This document shows, piece after piece, positions 1 to 11,280 of a stretch of 64,000 bases of DNA. The notes beneath the pieces were generated by a model. The model did not search any database, was not told the origin of the DNA, and worked only from the letters and a program-made list of their open reading frames with translations. The DNA is taken from the NCBI RefSeq assembly GCF_006345805.1, contig NC_043002.1, positions 39,060,001-39,124,000 of the forward strand, given 5' to 3'. The translations under genes and the position numbers were made by a program. Source of the DNA: Octopus sinensis (lineage: Eukaryota). Every line of letters starts with the position of its first letter. Within the stretch, counting starts at the first letter, position 1.

Positions 1-429
1 ACTTTTCTTTTGTACAAGACGTTATGTCGTAAAGGGAGATAAGTTGTTTCTCATTTGTGTATGATTTATTTGTGCCTTGTAGATTAAGCTCTGATAGATA
101 GATTCGAGGTTTATTTAATATTTTTGTGAACTACTCTTATAAGGAAGACCAAGAATCTAATCATATTACACTTGTAGCAAACGTATATATGAATATTTAT
201 CCTTCTTTTAACCATTTTTTCAAAGTTATTATTACAAATTATGAATAGCTTGTTGCTGTAAAGTATTTACCATAGCTGCAATAGATGATCCCAGGTGAAA
301 CCTAATAAACAACATATATCAGTTGATAAAAATACTGATTTTAATAAATATCTTCTCAATGGTCACTGCCCATTACATCTCAAGACATAATTCTAACTAA
401 AATTGTAACATGTAGTAAGATTCAATTTC

Positions 430-1765
430 CATTTGAGACTAATATATTTCGTTTTTGTATTTGTTAAGCAAGATTCCTAATATGAACTTGTGTGCTGAAA
501 AAATTTTGTTGTATCATGAGAGGATCATTGCACCAATAATAAACACACGCACTGGTTCAATTTCACTTCTATATTATTAGTTAGTCAATTGGTTGGTTAT
601 TTAACCAACTAACTATTCGATTGCTCGCTTAATCCGTCAGTTAATCAATCAATGAGTTGTTTGCCAATGTCCATTAGTCGTTACTTACCATCTCATGAAT
701 CACATACTCTCTCTCCTCCTATTCTTCTTCTGAAGGAGACCTTGAGGAAATGGCACAGCAATCCGGAAGGATTCGGAGCAGATTTGCGTTTATTATTGAC
801 ACAATAACACTCCCACGATACAACATATTTTTCTCATATTTTCAAAAACCCAGCAGTAAACTTTTGTTTGTTTGTTTTTTATCCCCGTGGAAAGGTTAGT
901 TAATCCTTTAAAGAGTGCGACTGGAACAACTTTGAGACAGCCAACTGAATAATAACTTCACAAAGAAAAATATTAACAATTACAACTATTTGCCTTGCTT
1001 CAACAGTGTATCTAACACTAACTAGATAATACAATAATGCAATGTAATCACTTTATCTTTTAAGTGTTTCAGTCATTGAACAGCAGTTAACCATGCTAGG
1101 GAACATCCACGAAGGGTTTAGTCAAACGATCGACCGCAGTACATATGTTTTTAAGCCACGCGCCTCCACATAAGCTGTATTCTATAACATGCCTGTCGAC
1201 AGCGACACATAGCGCACTTATTTAGTGATAAACGGTGGTCTTCGAAAATGAAACTCTCCTGGCAATTAACATGTTATAATAATGCATAGCTATAAGCATC
1301 TACCTAAAAAATACATGTACACGTTTAAGTGACACTTTGATTAATGGGATTATTAAAGGGGTTGAAATTTCGACAGGTGGGCCTAAAATAACCCGTAGTT
1401 TAACTAAGTGTTTGTTGTTTTAGTTGCTAGTTGTCCAAGCGGGAAATACTTAATTGTTGCTGAATATCGGAAATGGCATTAGTTTTTCAAGAACATTCTT
1501 AGATTTTACCCAATAAAATTTTTTTAATTTAACTCCTACAAAATTTCGGTTTTGTATTTGGTTTGCAAGATTCTATATGTGAATTCGTGTGTTGAAGCAT
1601 ATCATATTGTGTCTGGGGGAGAGACATTCTGTTTTAATGCCTTATTAATTAACACACTCACAGGTTCGATTTCCACTCATTTACTTATTTATTATCTTTT
1701 TTTTTCTGAGTTGAAATCGAACCGGTGAGTGTGTTAATAAAGCATTAAAACAGAATCACTTTCCA
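430..1765. repeat. Dispersed repeat fragments (~445-575 and ~1545-1765), the second forming a fold-back
   Basis: Shared ttttgtatttg..gcaagatt..aacacac.cac.ggttc.atttc. Confidence 0.6.
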
Positions 1766-2127
1766 CTAAATTAACAAATGAAAAAAATATTCATTGACGT
1801 TAATTATTCGAGGGCGTCATCTGCACGACAAAGTATAGTTAAGTATTCCTAAATATGAATGAAAATATGTATGTATGTATTCATATATGTATGTAAATAT
1901 ATACATACACACATATAGCTATGTATGCAGGTATATATGTACACTTATAGACATACGCATATATTTATGTGTGTGTGTATGTATGTATGTAATGTGTGTG
2001 TTGTATGTATGCATATTTGTGTCTGTGTATATATATATATATATATAATATATATATATATATATGTATTTATGTATGTATGTATTCACACACACACATA
2101 TGTATATGAATGTGTGTGTGTGTGTGT

Positions 2128-2194
<67 letters not shown>

Positions 2195-2551
2195 ATGCGT
2201 GCGCACAAAGAATAATATACTGAGAATAAAAAAAAACGTAATTCGAAACATGTAGTGAGCAAAAGATTACAGGGGTTCAATGACTGATATGTTATTCATA
2301 TCGGCAAACACGGGAGACAACTCCATACTTTTCAGTTTTTTTTCTTTTTTAACTCATCAGTGAAACCTGAACTTCACTGAAGTAAGTATGCGAAAAACAC
2401 TATATCACACACGAAGTGAGAAAATTTAGCATATTTGCAAAGAAAAAATATCACTCAGGTTAATTAACAACTGTTTGTAATGCAGAAAGCGTCCCTAAGA
2501 GATTAACCTCAGTGATATGTTATTTTAAATACACTAATTTTCCACACTTAC

Positions 2552-2627
2552 CAGTGTACAGTATTTTAACATCTACTTAATGAGAATGCCATGGCATCTT
2601 CAGTGTATACATTGTAGTCTACACTTG
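2552..2627 (-). CDS. Candidate downstream exon (76 nt); in phase 1 it reads (T)SVDYNVYTEDAMAFSLSRC*
   Basis: Acceptor ttatttgacctcttcAG and donor TG|GTAAGT. Phase 1 is compatible with the 5520 donor and is the longest open frame. The stop lies 14 nt before the donor. Confidence 0.4.
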
Positions 2628-2734
2628 CTGAAGAGGTCAAATAAGATAGAAATATGTTACAGTCTCTTCCTTTACATGTTTAATACGATTTAAATAATGT
2701 TTGTCATTGAGCCAAGTGGTCACCTTTTACTTAC

Positions 2735-2788
2735 CACATTTTTAATTTGCGTTTCTTTTTTGTAATGTTACATTGAATATCTTTAATC
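2735..2788 (-). other. Candidate 54-nt exon
   Basis: Acceptor taactttAG and donor TG|GTAAGT. Open only in phase 2 (IKDIQCNITKKKRKLKM), while phase 1 gives RLKIFNVTLQKRNAN*. Confidence 0.3.
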
Positions 2789-2959
2789 CTAAAGTTACTG
2801 TCAAATATAAGTAAAGTTGCTAGCCCGAATGACAAAGTTACGTATATTTCTACGTACATGCATACACGCGCATATATATGCATACGTAAATGCGTGTGAG
2901 TACGTGTGTCTATAGTTATATACATATGTACATATCATATACATATACATACGTGTCTT

Positions 2960-3119
2960 CCCTTCTCTGGATCTTTCCTTTTCCTATGTTTCTGACGAAG
3001 AGCTCCGCTCGAAACGTAAAACCCTCCTTCTTCCCTTCCTTCCTGAGCGTCCAATAATACTATATTTGTTCCATGTTCTCGCGTTGTTGTGTTTTCTCTT
3101 GGTGTTTTCATGTTTGGAT

Positions 3120-3124
<5 letters not shown>
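2960..3124 (+). mobile_element. Penelope-like terminal repeat (family A) with a minimal hammerhead motif; other copies at ~20260-20450 and ~49195-49372
   Basis: GTTT-CTGACGAA-GAGC-TCC-GCTC-GAAACGTA-AAAC. The same ~170-nt sequence recurs three times in the window. Confidence 0.65.
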
Positions 3125-3600
<476 letters not shown>

Positions 3601-4241
3601 ATGTATGTATGTGTACGTGTGTGTCCCCCACACCACTTGACAACTGACACTGGTGTATTTACGCCCGTGTAACTTAGCGTTTCGACCAAAGAGTCCGATA
3701 GAATAAGTACCAGTCTTTAAAAAAAATACTAGTTCCTGGATCGATACATTCGACTAAAAATTCCTCAAGGCCGTGCTCCAGCATGGCCGCAGTTTAATGA
3801 CTGAAACAAGTAAAAGATAAAAAATAAAAGATATTAACAACGCTTCTTGCAAGAATCAAAATTATATCGTGTAGACCCTACATGTTATTTTACTGTGTTC
3901 CTTACTGACTCCGTGCTGGTTGTCGCACAAAAATCTTGAGAGATGGTCAGCATTTGTTGGTATTGTTGTTACTTAACTCCAGACTTCAATTTTTTTTAGG
4001 AAATGTACAGCATCGAACTAAATGCTTTTCTATATTTATACCGATTCCCCTTTCTTTTTATTTCCATTTTGTTTAAGTTCGGGTTTGATTTTCCTCTTAT
4101 GTAACTTCGATAAGATTTAAAAAATTGGATTGTCCGACCGTGCTTTCCCTCACAAATTTTATAATTTCTTGCTATTATAAGAAAATATTACTAGATCTGT
4201 ACGTGTATACATGTATGTTCATACACACACACACACACATA

Positions 4242-5090
4242 CGTGGCCTGAACAATAAGTATCCGGACTATTGCCAAAGTAACGAGGCTAAAGCACGCAG
4301 AGCAAAAGCCAATTGACACAGATTGACCTTGAACTATTCTGTGCATGCGCACTATGTCTTAACGTTCTAGCTCACATCTGCTGTTTACAGCAGCACTTGG
4401 AAGGAAGGCGTGTATCGTGTGATCGTCGCATTGACGATGACAGAGAAAGTTGAGCAGAGAATCTATATCAAATATTGCCAAAAGCTTGGCGATACCTACT
4501 CAGAGGCCTACGCAAAGATTTCAAAAAGTTTTCATCGTTTTCGACACAATCAAGGAGATCTTATGCAACGGAAACCCGAGTGTTTTTTGGTCAGCTGAAA
4601 GCAGCTTGAGCACAAACTTGGCAGACATGCGTCTCATACCCAAGTGTAACAAATCCACACATCCTTTGATAACTCACGGATGGTGATTCGACGATTTCCA
4701 CTCACAGCTGCACGCACATCTGCTATGTTTTTCTTGGTTCTGCTGGTTGCGGGTCTCCCAAAATGTCCGTCACTATTGACATTTTTCGGCCATCTTGGAA
4801 ACTTCTGAAACATTCGTATACTTGTGTGGGGCTCATACACTCCTCTCCATACACTTTCTGCCTCTGAGCAGGTATCGCCATGACAACTTTCTGTCTCTTG
4901 ATCAATATGACGATAACATGCTACATACGTTACTTCCAAGCACTTCTGTAAACAGTGTAAGCTAGGACGTTAAAACTTAGTGCGCATGCACAGCAGAATT
5001 CAAGGTCTATCTGTGCCAAGCTGCTTCACTCTGTACGCTTTATCTTCCTTACTATGGCAACAGTCTGTATACTTATTGATCACACCTCGA
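4242..5090. mobile_element. Two convergent mariner 5' fragments forming a long imperfect inverted repeat
   Basis: Mariner-type TIR starts next to TA at both ends. Transposase N-terminus MTEKVEQRIYIKYCQKLGDT on +. On -, fragments KVYGEEC..RITIRELS..LGMRRMSAKF..LLSADQK. Confidence 0.8.
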
Positions 5091-5519
5091 ATATATTTAT
5101 ACAATATAGAAACACACACAGACATATGTCTATGTAAATACATGTGTGTATATAGGATCCAAAATGATTGCGCATACATAGGTGCACATATTTACACGCA
5201 CATACATACTTACATACGCAAACACACATAAATGAAATTTCTCCTTGATATATCTGTATGTTCAATGTGATGTTATACAGTGAGATTTGCCATATTTTCG
5301 AGTTGAGTGCTCTCTTCAGTAAGTATATCTAGCATGTACGATTCTTTTAAGTAACCATATAGCGTTCTGTTTTAACTCACAGCTGGACCTTTCTTCAATC
5401 GCTTGATGCTCCTTTATTGGGGTTTAAAATTTACAAAATATTTAGTAGTTTCAGAAAAAGAGTTTATACTTTATGTTTCTTTTCTAAAAACAAGAACATT
5501 GAACTGATTAAATACTTAC

Positions 5520-6625
5520 TCTTCTTGGAGCCAGAACTTGCTTCAGACGCTACACTCTCTTCTTCAACACTCTTCTGTTGAAACGGCACCAAAGCTGGGT
5601 TGAGACCATATACCACAGGGGGGCCAAATACGGGTAGGTGTGGACGATCTTCAACAAAAATAGGTACAATCAAATTTTCGTCATCTTTAATCTCTTCATA
5701 ATAATCAGGTTGTTTCCCGGCCAGTTTTTTCGCCATAAGTTCCTCCTCAGTTAATGGCTGGATCGTCATTTCAGGAATGACAATTGTTTTCTTTTCCACA
5801 GTTGGTGACGTGTCTCTTTTAGGAACAGTCTGCAATTTTGATTGATAATTAGGCAAAGGAATATGTAATTCATCTAAATGCACCTCACCCCATGGCCTAT
5901 TAACCACGTTTTTTAGGTTAACCACATTAAATTTGGGTATGTTTATATTGGAGCTAGAATCAGCAGGAGAAACGTTCTCTTTGTCTTCTACGGGAAAAGA
6001 AACTGGAGAACTCGGTGGCATGGGCGACACAGATGGTGATTTAAACGGCTGCGGTTTGGCAGCAATTAAAGGTGGCGGTGGTCGCAAAGGTAGGTGACTA
6101 GCGACCTTTGGCTTTGTACCAGCCAATGGTTGATGTGGCTCTAGGGGACCCATATAGGTATGGTGAACTTTTGTTTCGGTGGTTGTTACATGATTATGCT
6201 GATCCTGAGTAAATTGCGTGACATTACTCTGATGAGTGATTCTCTGCTGTTGAATTAAATTTTGATCGGGATGAACTGCTTGCGGGGTGACGGATCGATT
6301 ATCGATAGGTTGTTGGGTCCCCTGTGACCCCCCATAAAAATTTTGGTGGATTTGGTTAAATGCTTGCGGTTCCTGTTGTTGGTTTGGTCTTCCGGGCATC
6401 ATAAAGTTGGTGTGCTTTTGTTGAGAGGTTTTAATGATGTTTTGATGCGTTGTCTTCTTCGTCATAATTGAGCGCTCAGTTTTTTTATTCTGCTGTGTTG
6501 GCTCTGCCATCTTAAACGAAGTAGTAACCGATTTGTATGACGTCTGAACAGATGGAGGGTTTGCCACGTCAGCAGTAGTGTCTGGTGCATCTGAACCCCT
6601 GGGTAGCTTTTGCAATGGATCACCC
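5520..6625 (-). CDS. Large coding exon of the same PDZ gene: 368 codons of low-complexity Pro/Gln/Ser/Thr-rich sequence (GDPLQKLP...SSGSKK)
   Basis: Non-repetitive core of ORF 5464..6846, whose N-terminal part is translated microsatellite. Acceptor ttttatatttttaAG|G at 6626 and donor A|GTAAGT at 5519. Phase 2 start joins the PDZ exon as AG|G (Arg). The composition is exon-like and free of microsatellite. Confidence 0.88.
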
Positions 6626-7613
6626 CTTAAAAATATAAAATCAAAATTTCGTTTAAAATGATTACCAATAGAGTCTGTAAAAATGGACAGACAAACAGAC
6701 AGAGCGAAAGATGGACATAGACGAACGGACAGATAAGCAGAGAGACAGACGGATAGATAGAGAGAGAAAGAAAGAGCTAGAGAGAGAAAGAGAGAAAGAG
6801 AAAGAAAGAGGCAGACAGACAGACAGACAGACAGAAACAGACACATACAAACAGAGTGAGTGAGTGAGTGAGTGAGTACATTGATAGACTGATTGATTGA
6901 CTTTTACAGTAGTACATTATTTAGAACAGATAGAAATTTAATGTAGATTAAACAATGAAAATGGCTGGCTTTGATTATTTATATGAAATTAAACTAACAA
7001 ATCGAAAACAAAAATCCAAGTTCCACTTAATCACATTTTAAAACATGTCACGTCACAGCGGGAATTAAGTAAATTGAAACTCAAATAACGATGAATATTG
7101 TACGAGTGAGTGCACAAATATATCTTAGAGACAGTATGTAAATGAACAGACATTTAGCAAAATGTGGCTAGTCTCTTACTTGTTAACAGTTATCTGACTA
7201 CGGCCATGCTGGAGCTCCACCTTGAAGTGTTTTCGTCGGACAAATCAGCCCCAGGACTTATTTTTAAGCCTAGTAATTATTCTATCGGTCTCTTTGTCGA
7301 TCCGCTGAGTTACAGGAAGGTAAACACACCAACACTACTTGTCAAGTGATGATGAGGGTGGGGGACAAACACAGACACAAACACACACACACACAGATAT
7401 GTATACGACGGGCTTCTTTCAGTTTCCGTCTACAAAATCCACTCAACCGCTTTGGTTGGCTCGAAGCTATTGCAGAAGGCACTTGCCCAATGAGCCATGC
7501 CTGCGCCTATTTTTTTTAAACAATAGCAAATCTGGAACATCACATTAACATCAGCATGAACAAGCACTGATATTGGATAATGAATGCAAGAATTATAAAT
7601 CCATCATAGTGCA

Positions 7614-7811
7614 TACGAGGGGATGCTGAAAGGTTCCTGCAGGAGTTAATCATGATTTTACTCAACATATTCCCCTCTCAGATTCGCACACTCATTGCAG
7701 CGGTCCTTCAGTTTTTCTAAGTCCTGTAAAAGAACTCAGAAGGTTGGGCCGCCAACCAGGTCTTTCGCGATACCCTAAAAGCCAGGAATTTTTCAGTACC
7801 CCCATTACGTA
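7614..7811. mobile_element. Mariner-derived MITE (~210 bp); other copies at 8290-8506, 19709-19925 and 28813-29018
   Basis: TIR TACGAGGGG..TGAAAAGTTCCTGGC. The interior retains the transposase C-terminal tail (CVNLRGEYVE*). Confidence 0.8.
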
Positions 7812-8034
7812 TATATAAATATTTTCTTTTATTCTTTTACTTATTTCAGTCATTTGACTTCGGTGATGCTGGAGCACCGTCTTCAGTCGAACAAATCGAC
7901 CCCAGGACTTATTCTTTGTAAGCCTAGTACTTATCCTATACGTCGTTTGCCGAACCACTAAGGTACGGGGACGTAAACACACCAACATCAGTGTCAAGCG
8001 ATGGTGGGGGACAAACACAAATACACACAAACAC

Positions 8035-8114
<80 letters not shown>

Positions 8115-11100
8115 GACGGGCTTCTTTCAGCTTCTGTCTACCAAATACACTCACAAGGCTTTGGTCGGCTCGAAGCTATAGTAAAAGACACTTGCCAGAG
8201 TGCCACTCAGTGGGACTGAACCCGGAACCATATGGTTGGGAAGCAAGCTTCTTATCACACTGCAACTCCTGCGCCTACACACACACACAGAGGAGGTGGT
8301 GTTGAAAAGTTCCTGGCTTTGGGTACATGAAAATATAGGAGGATCAGTTTATTATGATTTTATTCAACATATTCCCCTCTCAGATTAACACACTGCAGTG
8401 GTCCTTCAGCTTTTCTAAGCACTGTAAAAGATCTCAGAATTTTGGGCCGCCAACCAGGTCTTTCGCGATACCCTAAAAGCCAGGAACTTTTCAGCACCCC
8501 GTCGTATAAGTGATACTGGAATGAATACGTTAAAAAATTCAAGATTCATTTCAGTTGAAGATTGCTAGGTTTCCATATCAACAACCTGCGTAGGTGATAT
8601 GTTTTACAGTGACGTGTAGTGATTATTAACATATCACTTCTACAGGTGCACAGTGTTTTTCAAGAGCACCACGCACCTCCCGGTACGGGAATCGAAACCC
8701 CGATATTACGATCATGTATACGACAGCCTAACCAGTACACCACTTGCTATATATGTGTGTAAGGGTGTGGGTATGGGAGCTGTACGACTGCGGTTGTGGG
8801 GGCAGATACAAGCACAATGAGACACACACACACACTCCTATATATATATATATATATATCGATAGAGCAGCGTGTTGGAAGAGGTGGGTGGTTTTGTCAT
8901 ACTTTTTCCTTTTTTTCGGTGGGAGGCGCTTTTTGGTCGACATTACGAAAAAGCGCACACACATACACAGATGAGCATACATACTCACGAGCACGCCTGT
9001 GTACACACACTCACATGTATGTGCATGTGTGTGCATGCTCGCGCGTGTGATTGCATATATGTGTGTATGCTTGTATATAAATATGTATGTATGCACGTAT
9101 GCATGCACATGTTGACTTGCGCAATTCACACTAAATGGGAAACACCACTTCAGATAATGTAATCAATAGCTGTATAGGAGCCACCATGAAGTTGCTATGG
9201 AAACTAAAGTGATAATCAAATCAAGGCAAGGAATATCTCACACGTGTTACATCAGGCGTGTGTAATGTAAATGTATTACAACGAGCTACTTGGTGATTGG
9301 CTGGTGATTGGCTAGTGATTGGTTGGTTTGTTACAATATTACTGGCTGAGATCTTTGGTAATGGCTGTAGTTGTTGAACTTGTTGTTGTTGGAATTGTTT
9401 AGCTCTAGATCAACTCTACTCAAGCGGCTCTATGATCAAAGGCTTTCTAGACTCGACCATCCCTCCTTCTATTCAACAACAGAGTATATAGGAGCACATA
9501 ATATCTAGTGTGTTCTTTTCACAGATACTATTGGATTTGATTTTAGGCAGAGTGAAGTTGTTTTTTTTATTAGTTTTCTACTTAGTTGAGGCTTGTTGAA
9601 TAATGTTACTATTTAATCTTAGGTTAAGGCGGAGAGCTGGCAGAATCGTTAGCGCGTCGGACAAAATATTTATCAGCATTTATTCTGGTTCTTTACGTTC
9701 CGATTTCAAATTGCACCAAGGTCAACTTTGCTCTTTGATTTTACATCCTTAGGGGTCGATAAAATAAATACCAGTTGAGCACTAGACGTTGTAATCGACT
9801 AACATCCTCCTCCAAATACTGCTGGTTCTGCGCCAAAATTTAAAACAATTATTTAGTCCTAGGTTTATTGTGACCAGGCTGCTCCATGATAGTCAGCATT
9901 CCAATTATGGCCACCTCACCTTATTGTCAGACATAGTATATTTAGGATTGCATTATGTCCTTCCTATGAGAATAGGGCACGATTTGAGGGAGATTTGGCC
10001 GACGTAACTAGCAGGTCCAACGTAGCTGTATTTCATCCTTGCTTATATTTGGGGTTGTTTTTGTTTAATCCGTGATCAGTCCTGATAAAGTAGAACTCTA
10101 ATTAAAGGCACTCCAGCCGTGAACATGCAACTCTTTCCAGAACGCTCTCATTATGGGCCAACGTTCATAGGTGTCAATGTTCATAGACCTCCATGCCAAA
10201 GTCTGAAGATACAGTAGTGATTTCCCGTTTCCTTTAGCTGGTTTCTTTGCTGCTTTCTCTGCAAGTTCCCTGCTTTCCCAAGCTCATCCTTGATGCACAG
10301 GATGAGCGGGGACTTTTTCACAAAAACGGGACTCTAAAGTTAATGGTGAGCATGTACCATTGAAACAAGCATAATTAGATTGATCTGTGGGAAAGGCAGG
10401 TTGTTAGCAATTTCAACCTGGGTTATTTATCTGAAAATCGAGGTAAGATAAATTATCCCGATTAGGCTGTGAAAGAGGAAGCAGGATTTATAGCTTTCAG
10501 CTCTAACTTAGAACACTGAATATGCTATTCTCACAGAACAAAGAATTTGACAAACATATACATCTAGGAAAGTGATGGGGGTGGTGTTAAGGTAGCAAAA
10601 CGGAATGGAAAACAAAAGAGAAAGAACATCTTTTAGTTTTTATCTTGTAATTGCTTCTGTTATTAGACAGCGGCCGTGCAGGGACACCAGCAGAATTCTA
10701 GCCAAATTAAAAGATCCCAGCACTTATTTCTTTTAAGCCTGGTACTTATTCTGTCGGTCTCTTTTGCCGGACTGCTAATTTATGGCGACGTAAACACATC
10801 AACACCAGTTGTCAAGCGGTGGTGGGAGACAAACACACGCACACACACACATATCATATCCATACGCAAGGTTTTAGTTGGCCTGGGGCATTAGTAGAAG
10901 ACACTTGCCGAAAGTGCCACGCTGTGGGACTGAAACTGGAACTATGAGGTTGGAAAACAAACTCCTTACCACGCACCACACATGCATCAATTTGTTTAAG
11001 TTAAAAGTGAAATGAGCTGAGAAATGTTGATCTTTAACAATGAAATGCTACTGATATATATGTCGGAAATAGCAGAGAAGCAAATACTCTGCAATAAAGT

Positions 11101-11128
11101 GGAAAGAAAAATGCAATGATTGTCTCAC

Positions 11129-11280
11129 CTGTAAATCTCCAAAACCAGTGGTTGACCAACAATGGATTCCAACGTGTCCATAACCGACTCATGGCTTTTA
11201 CCGCGAACTTGTACTCCATTTACTTTCAGAAGTGTATCAGCCTCTCTCAGATGATTGTGTGCCTTGCTCTTCTTCCGTAC
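11129..11280 (-). CDS. Internal coding exon: second half of an N-terminal PDZ domain (PDLIM/SYNPO2/Shroom type), VRKKSKAHNHLREADTLLKVNGVQVRGKSHESVMDTLESIVGQPLVLEIY-R
   Basis: Acceptor attcatttAG and donor AG|GTGAGA. 152 nt, phase 0 to phase 2, and only this frame is open. The peptide follows the PDZ pattern (SKA..L..D.LL.VNG..V.G.SH..V..L....L.L.I.R). The phase matches the next exon. Not in the ORF track in this frame. Confidence 0.9.

Noticed and set aside
2361-2381. Plus-strand 21-nt micro-exon with good splice sites
   Set aside because: It has stop codons in all three frames and no partner exons were found.
5381-5411. 31-nt candidate exon with a GTGAGT donor, tempting as a UGA-recoded link to the 54-nt exon
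   Set aside because: The acceptor is purine-rich (aataaag), phase 1 has TGA after five codons, and the resulting chain gives no protein-like C-terminus.
6626-6846. N-terminal part of ORF 5464..6846
   Set aside because: It is translated (CT)/(GTCT) microsatellite upstream of the splice acceptor at 6626, so it is intronic.
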